A stretch of DNA of 63,327 nucleotides, filler included, from Octopus bimaculoides (GCF_001194135.2; 3 parts of 2 records of this genome joined end to end with filler, not necessarily neighbours in it); one strand, 5' to 3'; counted from the whole stretch's first letter, positions 39,135 to 53,832 are shown. A program made the numbers and translations. Notes: generated by a model not told the origin, from the sequence alone.

Positions 39135-39420
39135 AGAAAAATATCTCCTTTGGATTATTATTTGTTCTGATCCATGGTTCACTTTCTGCGCTCAGGACGT
39201 TTCATCAACCAAGAGGAGGTGAAAGCTGCAGTGAAGAAGTTCTTCGCCTTAAAGAACAAAAAAGGGTATCAGTAATGGATCAAAGAACTGGCAGAAAGGA
39301 GGCATCAGACAGTGCAACACGATGGCTTCTACACTGAATGCTAAGCTGCTTTTGTTGTAACTCAACAAATAAAACAAACAATTGACCAAAATCTTGCAAA
39401 ACTTTTGACTCAACACAATA
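39135..39420 (+). mobile_element. Mariner C-terminal relic with 3' TIR
   Basis: ISPLDYYLF*SMVHFLRSGRFINQEEV...WIKELAERRHQTVQHDGFY; ends acttttgactcaacacaata. Confidence 0.85.
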
Positions 39421-39742
39421 CATCTGTATGGCTCAAAAAGGAACAAACAACAACATCACTTGATTGCTGCTTTATTTTATCAACTCTGTAAGGATGAGAG
39501 GTGAAGCTGACCTTGGCAGAATTTGAACACAGAATGCAAAGATCCAGGATAAACATAACAAAGTATTTTGTTCAGTTACTGGGAATTTTTGATATTTCAT
39601 AACAAGAAGGCTGATAATAAGGATTTCATTTATTTGCCACAAAGGTGAAGGATTAGGGGGACAATACAGAGACAGACAAAGTGTGGGGGTTTTCATATAA
39701 TAATGAAACAATAATAAATAAAAAAAACAATAAAGTATATAT

Positions 39743-40152
39743 GGTGCAGGAGTGGCTGTGTGGTAAGTAGCTTGCTTACCAAACACATGGTTCCGGATTC
39801 AGTCCCACTGCGTGGCACCTTGGGCAAGTGTCTTCTACTATAGCCTCAGGTCAATCAAAGCCTTGTGAGTGGATTTGGTAGACGGAAACTGAAAGAAGCT
39901 CGTCATATATATGTATATATTTATATATGTATGTGCATTTGTGTGTCTGTGTTTGTCCCCCCCCCCACCATTGCTTGACAACCGATGCTGGTGTGTTTAC
40001 GTCCCTGTAAGTTAGCGGTTCGGCAAAAAGAGATGGTAGAACAAGTACTAGGCTTACAAAGAATAAGTCCTGGGGTCGATTTTCTCGACTAAAGGTGGTG
40101 CTCCAGCATGGCCACAGTCAAATGACTGAAACAAGTAAAAGAGTAAAGAGTA
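39743..40152 (+). mobile_element. SINE family A, full length
   Basis: A box tggctgtgtgg, B box-like ggattcagtccc, tail gtaaaagagtaaagag; similar copies at 48646-49050, 51236-51640 (+), 46258-46402 and 61880-62035 (-). Confidence 0.92.
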
Positions 40153-41604
40153 TGGTATATACACTGGAAAAGATGGGACATATACTTAGTATACAAAGGT
40201 AAAAAAAATAATGAAGACAGTGATGATAAAGATAATAGGGATGTTGTGTTGATGATGATAAAGAAGGGGTGGGAGGTGAGGGTGAAGGGGGAGAGGTGTA
40301 GAATGGTCATTATGGAGCTGAATAATGAAGACATTAGCAATAATTATAATGATGATAGAATTGATGATGATAATGATGATAAAGAGGAGGAGGGGGATGA
40401 CGATGAGGAAGATAATGAACACGACACTGATGATGATGACAATGATGACACCGAGGATCAAAATGATGTTAATGATGATGATGGTGATGACAACGACAAT
40501 GGAAATGATAATGATGATGATCATGACACCGATGGTGCTGACAATGATGACATGAATGATGAAAATGATGACGACAACGACGATGATGATGATGATGAAG
40601 GTAACAATGATGATGATGAAATTAACAGCTTTATCCAGAGGACGGAATTATGAAATGTTTGATGTTATTGACAATGTGTGCGAGACAAAATACCTGAATT
40701 TCTGCCACAAGATATTTTTTGATCAACGACAATAGACAAAAAAACAATGAATAAATAAATAACATAAAATTAAATAAAATAATAAATAAAATTAAATAGC
40801 GAAAAGAACTTTTAAATATAAAATACTTAATGAAAGATCATTATGAAGTGTATGAGATTTTTGATATTATTTGGCAAGAAAATTGCACAGACAAAATAAA
40901 AACACAAAACTAAAAAAAAAAAAACAACAACAAAAAAAACCTACAACTGAAATGTATAAAATTGTTTTCATACTTTTTGGGGTTCTTTTTTTTCTTCAGT
41001 TTGAGAAACATCACTGGTCTGTAACTCTTCAGACAAAGGATAAAGAAGAATAATGCCAACTATCAGACAAAGCGCTAGAGCATTGTGATGGAGTAAAGAA
41101 ACAAAAACAAAAATATAGATAGTAATACCTCAACTCTTCCAAATTGACAATGAAACAAGCAAAAATAATAATAATAATAATAATTATAATGATAATGATA
41201 ATATCAAAATAACTGTAGAAATATCCTTGTCTTATTCCACTTTCCATTTTTTTGGTTTAGTTTATTTTTAAAAAATTTTTTTTTTTACCATTATAAAATT
41301 CATTGATTTCAATTTATTCCAAGACACACAGAAAAGAGAGTCAAGCTGAAACAATGGAAGTCCTACAGCGATTCTGAGAAGAATAATAACAGATAGCACT
41401 ACCACCACTAACAACAACAACAACAACAACAATGTTAACTACAACAAAAAAAAAACACAAATACCTCTCTCACTTTCTACCACACTTAATCGGAGATAAT
41501 TGTTAGAAAAACAGTTGTACTATATACATACGTATATACAAAGAAACATACACATGTATATGTTTATATATATATATATATACATATATATGTATGTACA
41601 TATG

Positions 41605-41657
<53 letters not shown>

Positions 41658-42064
41658 ATATTTATGTATGCATAGATATATTAAACTAAGTTAATCTGTG
41701 ATGATTGCTTGGCATTGAGATGGATGCTGAAGGTGGTGGGGTAGTTACTGTTAAAGATGGATTTATTTATCACGAATGACATCCCATTCAGCCACCCTGG
41801 TTACCCATCTTACACATCCTCACAACACATACACACACATACATGCACAAACATGCATACATGCGCACATACATGCAAAACATACGGTTATAAATGAAAA
41901 GGTAAACTATTTTCTAGAACCTATGATTCTGATGATGATTAAAACATTCTTACAATTGCTGCTGCTGCTACTACTACTACTACTACTACTGCTACCACCA
42001 CTGCTACTACTACTGCTACCACTACTACTACTACTACTGCTACCACTACTTCTAATAATAATCC

Positions 42065-42814
42065 TTTCTACTATAGGCACAAGGCCTGAAATTTTGGGGT
42101 GGGGCATAGTTGATCACATCAACCCCATTACTCAACTGGTACTTAATTTATTGACCCTGAAAGAATGAAAGGTAATGTTGATCTCAGCAGAATTTGAACT
42201 CGGATGAAATGCTGCTATGCATTTTGCTTGCTATGTTAATAATAATAATAATAATAAAAATAATAATAAGCCAGTTGTTTGACCTTGACCAGTTGAGCAT
42301 GTCCCTTAGTGGCTGATGATATGTGCATCTCTGATCATGAAGGAATTCTTTGGAGTTTGAATAGTTCACCTCTGGAAACATGGGTGTTTTGTTCATCTTC
42401 CTTAAACAAACCTTATTCAGGGACCTTTTGAGTGGGATGGGCTACTCAACCTGAAGAAAATTCTAACTGGGCTCCACCTGCAAGGTCATGCACTGTTTAT
42501 CATGATATCATATCACTATGTCCTGCACATATAGAGTACACTTATCGGATGGGTAGTCATGATGGGTATACTGGGCTTCATATATTTGTATGTCACTTTG
42601 ATGGCAAACACTGCTCTCTCACTCAATAATGATAATGATAATAATCCATTCTACTAAAGTCACAAAGCCTGAAATTTGATGGGAGGGGACTAGTCAGTTA
42701 CATCGACCTCTGGTGCTTAACCCTTGGTGGAATTTGAACTCAGAACGTAGTAATTGGCGAAATACCTCTAATCATTTTGTTCAGTATACTAACAATTCTG
42801 CCTGCTCACCGCCT

Positions 42815-42845
<31 letters not shown>

Positions 42846-43082
42846 AATAATAGGTATAATAAAAAACATATTCAGACAAATACATAACAAAAACACCAGG
42901 ACTTACAAATATATATAACATACAGAAAATTGCACTACTGGGCACTGCACACATCCTACGCAAAACACTTTCAATACAGTAACCATAAGAGCATCACAGC
43001 AAACCACAGCACATACCCAAGGCACACAGAGCTGCGCTCGGTAGTGAAGTGAAAGCACGTTATAAAAATAAAACTACTGAAC

Positions 43083-43117
<35 letters not shown>

Positions 43118-43320
43118 CAACAAAAATTATAATACTTTCAAATTTTAGCACAAAGCCAGAAATTTTAGGGGCAGAATGTTAGTTGATTAAATCTGGTATC
43201 ATTTTGTTGACCCCCAAAAGGGTGAAAGGCAAAGCTGATCTTAGCAGAACTTGAACTCAGAATATGAAGAACTGCAAGAAATGCTGCTAAGCGTTTTTCT
43301 CAACACTTTAATGATTCTTC
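42065..43320 (-). mobile_element. Three SINE family D copies (about 42065, 42645, 43135) in (AAT)n tracts
   Basis: Consensus matches flanked by AAT/ACT repeats. Confidence 0.8.
42850..43110 (+). mobile_element. R4/Dong-type LINE 3' end with (AAT)n tail
   Basis: YSDKYITKTPGLTNIYNIQKIALLGTAHILRKTLSIQ*; about five mismatches over 215 bp against 55050-55270. Confidence 0.92.
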
Positions 43321-44155
43321 TAATTGACCATCAATAATTAAAAATAAAATAAAATATTAGCATGTACTACTACTACTAATACTGCTGCTGCTGCTGCTGC
43401 TCATTGTCATCATCCTCATCATCATCCTCACCACCATCCTCCTCCCCCTCTCCTCCTCCTCATCATCATCGTTATCGTCGTCCCTAATACCATCACCACT
43501 ATTATTCCTGTCACTGCCATCACCATGACCACCAAGGTTGAAAGGAAGGTATGGACCTTATGCTAGGTGGTCACGCTAAGTGCTTAAACATTTATGACTT
43601 ACCTTGGAACCAAAGTTCTTTATTAAGCACTCATTACCCTGTAATCTAGCACCCTCATTCTTCATTCATCCACAACACCTACAACCTCTCTACTTATCTA
43701 CCAATTTGATTCCCATTACTGTATCTGCCAGTCAAACTCCCTGAGTCATTTGTTGTTTAAAATCCTAAATTATTCACTTAAGTCCCAGCTTAAACATTTC
43801 TTGCCTTATTGCTTAAAAACCTTAAATTCACTTAAATTTGTTACTAAATTCTTTACTAAACAACCCTTATCGTGTAATCTGATTCCCTCATTATTCATCT
43901 GCATACAACACTTTCATCTCTCTATATATCTTCATTCCTGTATCTGCCTATCAGTCTCCCTTGGGAAGTACTGCTTAAAAACTTACTTTTCTCATTTACC
44001 TTTCAAGCAGTCTTAGAGTGAGAACTGGTTGGAACGTAATATAGAAATATTTGATATATCTAAACAAAATACAGCATCTATTGTAACTTATCAAAAAAGA
44101 CTAGGACAATTTTTTAAACTTTATCGTGCATCTTGATCCATTTTTGTTTATATAT

Positions 44156-44240
<85 letters not shown>

Positions 44241-44997
44241 NNNNNNNNNNNNNNNNNNNNNNNNNNNNNNNNNNNNNNNNNNNNNNNNNNNNNNNNNNNN
44301 NNNNNNNNNNNNNNNNNNNNNNNNNNNNNNNNNNNNNNNNNNNNNNNNNNNNNNNNNNNNNNNNNNNNNNNNNNNNNNNNNNNNNNNNNNNNNNNNNNNN
44401 NNNNNNNNNNNNNNNNNNNNNNNNNNNNNNNNNNNNNNNNNNNNNNNNNNNNNNNNNNNNNNNNNNNNNNNNNNNNNNNNNNNNNNNNNNNNNNNNNNNN
44501 NNNNNNNNNNNNNNNNNNNNNNNNNNNNNNNNNNNNNNNNNNNNNNNNNNNNNNNNNNNNNNNNNNNNNNNNNNNNNNNNNNNNNNNNNNNNNNNNNNNN
44601 NNNNNNNNNNNNNNNNNNNNNNNNNNNNNNNNNNNNNNNNNNNNNNNNNNNNNNNNNNNNNNNNNNNNNNNNNNNNNNNNNNNNNNNNNNNNNNNNNNNN
44701 NNNNNNNNNNNNNNNNNNNNNNNNNNNNNNNNNNNNNNNNNNNNNNNNNNNNNNNNNNNNNNNNNNNNNNNNNNNNNNNNNNNNNNNNNNNNNNNNNNNN
44801 NNNNNNNNNNNNNNNNNNNNNNNNNNNNNNNNNNNNNNNNNNNNNNNNNNNNNNNNNNNNNNNNNNNNNNNNNNNNNNNNNNNNNNNNNNNNNNNNNNNN
44901 NNNNNNNNNNNNNNNNNNNNNNNNNNNNNNNNNNNNNNNNNNNNNNNNNNNNNNNNNNNNNNNNNNNNNNNNNNNNNNNNNNNNNNNNNNNNNNNNN

Positions 44998-45030
<33 letters not shown>

Positions 45031-45968
45031 TTTGTTGTTCATAACCTTTTGAGAGATGACATAATTCTGTTTATGAATATTGGCTCTGCAGGATCAAATA
45101 GAACAATCGATAATAGAAAAAGTTGAAGGTAGCCTTTGAATTTTTTTATTCCAAATTTTTTTCAAACCAATATTTACATCCTATTATTTATAGCTTTATT
45201 TGATCCTTGAGAGCCATTATTAAAAAAAAAAAAGAATTATGCATTTGTGTGTGTGTGTGTGTTTGTTTGTGTGAATATCTCTGTGTGTGCATGTTTGTGT
45301 ATGCCTCATATATATGTAAATATGTATGTGTTACTGTTTGCTCTTTGTCTTGGCATTGTGTGATAGTTTTCAGCAGGTGTTATTCTCATGCAAGTGGCGT
45401 CTTTCATTTCTAATCCTCCATAAAAACATGTTGGGTGAAGGAGAGATACTACCTTACTTGGAAACATGTAAGGTTTGGTGGCAGGAAGGACATCCATCCA
45501 TTGGAAATCTGCCTCAACAAATTCCATCTAATGCATGCATACATGGAAAGACGACTTTAAAATGATGATGATGGATGGCACCTGTACCAGTGGAGCGCTA
45601 AGAGCACCGTTCAAGCATGATCGTTACCAGCATCACCTTCCTGGCACGTGAAAAGTTGTTCAAGCAAGATTATTGCTAGTGCCACTGGACTGTGCAGGTG
45701 GCATGTAAAATACACCATTTTGAGTGTGGCCGTTGCCAGTACCGCCTGACTGGTCTTTGTGCCGGTGGCACATAAAAGCACCCACTACACTCTCGGAGTG
45801 GTTGGCGTTAGGAAGGGCATCCAGCTGTAGAAACTCTGCCAAATCAGATTGGAGCCTGGTATAGCCACCTGGTTCTCCAGTCCTCAGTCAAATCATCCAA
45901 CCCATGCTAGCATGAAAAGTGGACATTAAACGATGATGATGGTGATGATGTGAGTGTGTGTGTGTATG

Positions 45969-46236
45969 CAGGGTTGGTGCTAGGCAGGGCAGGGCACAGT
46001 TAGAGAATTGTTAGCAAGGCCCCCTGCTTTATAAAAGCTGAAGATTTGTGGTTTATGCTTCATGTAGTAAGTCAGTCTCAGCCAAAAAGCATTGAGGGTT
46101 TGAGGCTCCACCATTAACCATAATGTTATATTAAAGATTCATCGTAGTATTCTCTGCTCAAGCATGTGCATGGGCCCCTGTCTTGGCCTGGGCCTAATTT
46201 GAACAAATGAGTCTAGTTGGCTTAAAACTGGCCCTG
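45969..46236. mobile_element. hAT-like MITE in (TG)n
   Basis: Imperfect termini cagggttgg... / ...aaaactggccctg; TSD not clean. Confidence 0.5.
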
Positions 46237-48008
46237 GTGTGTGTGTATGTATATGCGATGGGCTTCATTGTATTTTCATCCTCTCATTACAAGGCATTTG
46301 TTAACCGTGGGCTATGGCGAAAGACACTTGACCAAGTGGCTTATAGTAAGATTGAGCCTGAAATCTTGTGAGGTAAACTTCTTAGCTACATAGCCATACC
46401 TGCAACTCATAATGTTTAAAAAAAAATTTGAATATCTAAACATGAGCTGAATAATCTGGAAAAATACAATTTCTTAATAATAGTTTTTCATTCCATTAAA
46501 TCATAAATTCCATATCTAAAAAAAATAAAAAATACCCACTTAGTTTTGTACTCTGCAGAAAAACCTAGCTTTGTTCTAACCATAATAATGGTAAATAACA
46601 CTTCCTGTCTTTGACACTTCTTTAGAAAAATACCAAAGACACCGATATACTGGTGTTGTTGCCAGAACTTAAAAATTGAAATAATTCCACTAGAGAAATT
46701 GAAATCTTCAAAAACCTCTTTTCAAATAAATTTAATATTAAATTTCGTTATTTCAAGAATATTTTCTTACATAAAATGCAATTTGTAAACCCACAAAAAT
46801 GCAGAAAATATTGTCAAAATAAATAGAGGATTATGTGAGCTACATTATAATTTACATTAACTTTAGAATGGTACCTTCAATGAATCTGTCCTGTCTAAGA
46901 AGAAATTTAGAGAAACTGTTTAGTTTGTAGAAGTTTTGAAATCCTTCAATTAAAATGCAAACCTTAATAATTTTTTTAAATATTTTTGTGTATATAATAA
47001 TAATTTTATTTTTGTATTAAATAATTTAAAATGGATTTTAAATAAATGTAATTTCTGTTGAATATGCCTTTTATTATATCTGTCAAATATTCAAGAATTT
47101 ATTGAATTAAACATATATTTCAAAAGCTCTAACTGCAAATGGAAATGACAAATACATAAAACATACATACATATATACATACATATGTACGTACATACAT
47201 ATATACATATATATATATATGTGTGTGTGTGTATGTGTGTAATTACATATATATACCTATATACATACATACATACGTGTGTGTGTGTGTGTGTATGTTT
47301 ATTGTGAGAGTTTGAGAGAGATAGAGGAGTGTTGTATTTGGTTTTATAACTTGAGCAGTTCCGAAAAGTCCTGTTTGGAGTGATAGTCTAATAAATAATT
47401 AAGGCATGGCTTTAGGAATATTAATCTCATAAAAGAAATTAACAAAATGGTATATGTATTTTTGAAAACAATAAAAAATTTTTAACGAGAACTAGTGTCT
47501 GGTTAAAGTGAATTTATTATAAAGCCTGGACAGGAAGGTAAATATTCGTAAATACAAATATACATATGAGTCTATGTACAAAGACAAGTATGTATGTGTA
47601 TGTATGTGTTTGTGTGTGTGTGTGCATATTTGTGCATTAGTTTGCTTATGTATGAATCATGATCATGATGATAATCATCAACGTAATTATTATTATTATC
47701 ATCCGCATCACTAACGTCAGCATATGAATAAACATAACACAGAGAAAATTCTATAACACTGTCGATTGCATGTACATTAATTATAGTTAACATGTTCTGG
47801 AGAGGGAGAGGAAGGGTGGGGGGAAGAGAAGGAGGCAAGGAGAGAGAGGTGGAAATATGATGGTTTTACATAATTGCAAGTGGAGAATAATTAATCGGAT
47901 TGGTCCGATAGTTACAAATAACATTGAGATTTTTGGAATTGTGAGAAACTATCCGCAGTGTTAGAGTTTTATATATGCATATATATATTAAATATGATAT
48001 ATATATAC

Positions 48009-48063
<55 letters not shown>

Positions 48064-48603
48064 NNNNNNNNNNNNNNNNNNNNNNNNNNNNNNNNNNNNN
48101 NNNNNNNNNNNNNNNNNNNNNNNNNNNNNNNNNNNNNNNNNNNNNNNNNNNNNNNNNNNNNNNNNNNNNNNNNNNNNNNNNNNNNNNNNNNNNNNNNNNN
48201 NNNNNNNNNNNNNNNNNNNNNNNNNNNNNNNNNNNNNNNNNNNNNNNNNNNNNNNNNNNNNNNNNNNNNNNNNNNNNNNNNNNNNNNNNNNNNNNNNNNN
48301 NNNNNNNNNNNNNNNNNNNNNNNNNNNNNNNNNNNNNNNNNNNNNNNNNNNNNNNNNNNNNNNNNNNNNNNNNNNNNNNNNNNNNNNNNNNNNNNNNNNN
48401 NNNNNNNNNNNNNNNNNNNNNNNNNNNNNNNNNNNNNNNNNNNNNNNNNNNNNNNNNNNNNNNNNNNNNNNNNNNNNNNNNNNNNNNNNNNNNNNNNNNN
48501 NNNNNNNNNNNNNNNNNNNNNNNNNNNNNNNNNNNNNNNNNNNNNNNNNNNNNNNNNNNNNNNNNNNNNNNNNNNNNNNNNNNNNNNNNNNNNNNNNNNN
48601 NNN

Positions 48604-48638
<35 letters not shown>

Positions 48639-48794
48639 TATATGCAGGTGTGGCTGTGTGGCAAGAAGCTTGCTTTTCAACCACATGGTTCCAGGTTCAG
48701 TCCGACTGCATAGCAAATTTTTTTCTACTATAACTTCCTGCCGTCCAAAGTCTTGTGAGTGGATTTGGTAGATGAAACTCAAAGAAGCCCACCG

Positions 48795-48825
<31 letters not shown>

Positions 48826-48826
48826 G

Positions 48827-48861
<35 letters not shown>

Positions 48862-49254
48862 TTGTCCCCCCCCATCACCATTTGACATCTGGTGTTGGTG
48901 TGTTTACATCCCTGTAATTTAGCAGTTTGGCAAAAAGCACTGATAGAAAAAGTATTAGGTATTAAAAAAAAAAAGTCCTGGGGTTGATTTCTTCAATTAA
49001 AACCCTTCAAGCATGGCCACAGTCAAATGACTGAAACAAGAAATAAAAAAGAACGATACACTTATGTTTCCAGAGGTGAATTATTCAAACCCTCAAAAGT
49101 TCCTCACAATGCATGGCTATGATGCTCCCCCACTACTTCTGCTCATGATCAGAGTTTCACATATTGTCAGCCACTAAGGGACATGTTCAACTGGTTATAG
49201 TCAAACAACTGTCAAGCGTATCTGTGGTATATATGTATATATACACACATATAT

Positions 49255-49710
49255 ATGAGGTGTAGTCAAAAAGTATCAAAAAGACTTGTGGCCAAAAAAC
49301 AAGTAATATAAAAAAACTCACCATTTTGATTTAGTCTTCCTCAAAATATTTGCCTTGGGAGTCTACACACTTCTGCCAGTGTTCCTACCACTACTGGAAA
49401 CATTTCTGGAAGGAAATCCCTTTTTGGGATGCTGTAGAGGTGTGTCATCAAATTTTGCTTAATGTCCTCTGTTGACTCAAATCTTCTCCCTTTGAGTGAT
49501 TTTCTGAGCGCTGGGAATAGTCAAAATTCACATGGAACTAAGTCTGGGGAGTAGGAAGCCTGATGAACAAGTCATGTGTTTCGCTTGACAAGGAATGCTT
49601 AGACAATGTAAGTGGAATGAGTGGGTGTGTTGTTATGGTGGAGTGCCAGTTCTTTGGTGACCACAGGCTGGTTAATTTTTGCCGCACAGCTTCACGAAGG
49701 TGATGAAAAT
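49255..49710 (-). mobile_element. Mariner transposase C-terminus and 3' TIR
   Basis: YSPDLVPCEF*LFPALRKSLKGRRFESTEDIK...FQKCFQ*W*EHWQKCVDSQGKYFEED*; TIR-like tatgaggtgtagtcaaaaagt. Confidence 0.88.
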
Positions 49711-49828
49711 ATTAGTACTGGAGTCAATTCCTTTGATTAAATCCCACTTTCAAGGTAGTGAGTATTCCAGCATGGCTGTAGTCCAATGACTGAAATAAGT
49801 AAAAGATACGTATACAAACACACACGTG

Positions 49829-49859
<31 letters not shown>

Positions 49860-49937
49860 TTTCATTTCGAAAGTGTTGAATAAATAAATAGATGCATGAA
49901 TGTATCCATCATCAGTGTGTGTGTGTGCATGCATGTG

Positions 49938-50000
<63 letters not shown>

Positions 50001-50028
50001 AATAAATATATATAGATAGATAATGAGA

Positions 50029-50059
<31 letters not shown>

Positions 50060-50176
50060 AATATATATATATAGATAGATAGATAGATTGAGAGATAAAA
50101 TGATTGATAGGTAGCTATGCATGTATGTTTATTTAATATGCATATATACATATGTGTGTGTGTATANNNNNNNNNN

Positions 50177-50238
<62 letters not shown>

Positions 50239-51659
50239 CACACATTATATGTATACACACACACACAACAATAATCAACATATATTTAGTTTAATGAGAA
50301 ATGGAAGTGGATAGAAAAAGTGAGAGGACAAATAGAGAACAGCACCAACAACAAATAAAAAAAAACCAACAAGAACAATAAAAACAACAGCCAAGACACA
50401 AAAAATTGAGAAACACGGAAAAATACATGAATTATAAAAAATATGAATAAACAGATTTAAATAAATATAAGTAACTTTGAACTATAATATCATATATAGT
50501 GAATAGCCTTTCTAATTTTCTATAACTTGTGTAATTATCTACTACTACTACTACCACCGCCACCATAACTACTACTACTACTACTACTACAACTACTACT
50601 ACTACTACCACCACCACCACCACCACCACTACCACCACCATCATCATCAACACCAACACTACCACCACTACTGCTGTTGATGCTGCTGCTACTTTTAAAT
50701 TGTATCAGTAAAGAAAATTAACAACAATAATAATAATAATAATAATAATAATAATTATCATCATCATCGTTTAACGTCCGCTTTCCATGCTAGCATGGGT
50801 TGGACGATTTGACTGAGGACTGGTGAACCAGATGGCTACACCAGGCTCCAATCTGATTTGGCAGATGGATGCCCTTATAATAATAATGGTAATGGTAATA
50901 ATATTATATTTTCTTATTTAGGCTGAAGGTAAGCAATTATGAGGAGATGGTCAGTTGATACCATTGGCTTCATTACATGACTAGTACTTGACTAACAGAA
51001 TAAAGATGAAAAGCAAAGTTGACCTATGCAGGATTTGAACTCGGAATGTAAAGTTATACAACTAAGTACAATGAGTATTACACTGTGATGCTTTTGTTAG
51101 ATATGGAGCTGGAATTGTGGAATGGACAAAAAATGACAGACAGAAACACAACAGAAAAACTAGAAAGCTGTTGACAATATATGGGGCTCACCATATGAAA
51201 GCTGCTATTAACTGGTTGTTCATGCAAAGACACCAGGTGCAGGAGTGGCTGTGTGGTAAGTAGCTTGCTTACCAACCACATGGTTCCGGGTTCATTCCCA
51301 CTGCATGGCACCTTGGGCAAGTGTCTTCTACTATAGCCTCGGGTCGACCAAAGCCTTGTGAGTGGATTTGGTTGACGGAAACTGAAAGAAGCCCATCATA
51401 TATATGTATATATATATGTATGTATGTGTGTGTCTGTGTTTGTCCCCCCAACATTGCTTGACAACTGATGCTGGTGTGTTTACGTACCCGTAACTTAGCG
51501 GTTCAGCAAGAGAGACTGATAGAATAAGTACTTGGCATCCAAAGAATAAGTCCTGGGGTCGATTTGCTCGACTAAAGGCGGTGCTCCAGCATGGCCACAG
51601 TCAAATGACTGAAACAAGTAAAAGAGTAAGAGAATAAAAGAGGGTGGAAGAGGCTTAAT

Positions 51660-52670
51660 TGGTGTGAAAGAGAGTGTATAGTTGGAATGAAAAGGCTTAC
51701 CAGAATGTTTGTAGAACAGCACAGAGTAATTACTAAAGACAGTGAATAAGGAACAGGTGATTAACAGGTGGGATGGGAGAAAAAGACAAGAAGGAAATTC
51801 ACAGAGAGCACATTAGATAGATTGAAGAGAAACCTCTTCAAGGTCAATTTTGGAGAGCCACTGACGATGTATATGGAGAAAAATCTTGGGCGTGGTTGAG
51901 AAAAGGTCAATTGGAAAGAGATCTTTATTGTAGCTTTAAAAACGAACAACTTGAGAAGACAATGAGGAGAGAGTGTCTGCAAACTGTAGAGAATTTGGAA
52001 TTTGGGATGAAACAGTGGCACACATTGCTGCAAAATGTTCCATGTAGGCTTAGGAGGAATATAAGAAATGGAGGCAAGACCAAAATTGTGCAAGATTTTT
52101 ATACTGGAAGCTTTGTTAGAAATAGGTGTTTGGAGCTTGAAGTATGTAGTGTAATCATTGAGCAGAAAGAGTACTTGAGTGGGAAAAAATTTATGAGATT
52201 TTCCAGTTCAAACTGATAAGAAAATAGTAAACCAGATATAACAATATTAGACAAAGGAAAGCAAATTTTGCTTACTTATTGATACACCATATCTGCTTGA
52301 TTCTAGGGCCATGGAACACACGAGATAAAAAATTAAAAAGATACAATTCCTCAAAATTTGAGATTGTGAGAATTTGGAATATGAAAACTGTAACAGTTGT
52401 GCCTGTAATAATTGGTGCATTAGGGATTGTGAGTAATGATACAGATAAATGGTTAAAGGAGCTTCTACAGAAAGTTTGCCTTATAGAGATTCTACAGAAA
52501 GTTTGCCTCATAAGAGGAAAGATTATTAAGAAAGGTTTTGAGCACTTAAATAATTATTGAAATCTTGTGTATGTCTTAAGTTACAGATAGTAACCTACTA
52601 CCCACATAAATTCTACAAGGAATAAGAACAATCCTGAGTCAAGTTGAATCATATTGATAATAATGATAAT
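51660..52670 (+). mobile_element. R4/Dong-type RLE LINE 3' relic
   Basis: EKPLQGQFWRATDDVYGEKSWAWLRKG, degenerate CCHC finger, DFPVQTDK, TVTVVPVIIGALG. Confidence 0.85.
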
Positions 52671-53794
52671 AATTCTTTGTACATATAGGCACAAGGCTGA
52701 AATTTTTATTGGGGATAGGCTAGTTAATTACATCAGCTTCAGTGCTCATTGGCCACAAAAGGATGGAAGGCAAAGTGTTACTTAACAGAATTTGAACTTG
52801 GAACATGATGATGGCCAAAATGCCACTAAGAATTCTGGCCAATGTGCTAACAATTCTGCTGACTTGCCTTTAATAATACCACCATCACCGCCACCACCAC
52901 CGCCACCACCACCACCAACAACAACAATAAAAATACTACTACTATTATTAATAATAATAATGATAATGATTAGCAATGATGATGATATGATGTGTCTGTT
53001 GCTGCTGCTGCTTATGAAAGCATGCTGTAAATAAAACAAATTTCAGGACAATAAAAATAACAAGAAGACCAAGAACAACAGCAATAATATTAAAAAACAA
53101 CAACAACAACAATAACAGGCTGCAAAAATATTTCTCCTCCATCCAAGCATATCTTTGTCTGAATATACTTGGATTGAAATTTGCCTGTCACTAAGTTATG
53201 TCTATTTATTTGTATACTTCATCAAATTTTCTTTTTAAAATGCATTTTGCCTGTTGCAAACATTTTTACTGAGCAATTTAATGCAGTAGTTTTCATTGAT
53301 TCACATAATTGGTTATTGATCTGTAGTTTTGTATTAAAGATAAATCAAACTTAAATTAGCCATTCATTGCTGTATATAAAAAAAAAAAAAAAACTATTTC
53401 TCCTTCTTTCCTTCCTTCCTTCCTTTCCTAAATTTTTCTTTGTTTTTTTTTTTTTGTTACATTTTGTTATCTGCCCCGCCCTCTGGAAAAATTCTTCAGA
53501 AAATTATTTTATTTTATTTGAACACTAGATTGTTTAATGAATTAAAATAGTTGAAGACAAGCACCACTCTCCTAACGGTACCAACAATATCGACAACAAT
53601 GTCACACACATTTTAAAACAATCATGCATATGCATACACACGTACACACTCATATACACATGAACACACATACACACGCATGTATATTTATATATACAGA
53701 CTCACACATACATAGACATATATACATATACATATATTGCACACAGTTATATTTATATATGTATGCATGCATGTATATTTACGTATGTATAATT

Positions 53795-53832
<38 letters not shown>

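Noticed and set aside
40246-40653. Asp-rich 135-aa ORF resembling a biomineralisation protein
   Set aside because: Degenerate (GAT)n tract; no signal peptide or splice context, and other frames are equally open
50917-50935. Apparent 7-nt microexon (tttag|gctgaag|gtaagc)
   Set aside because: Frame-shifting length and lies at the end of a degenerate SINE D; probably chance
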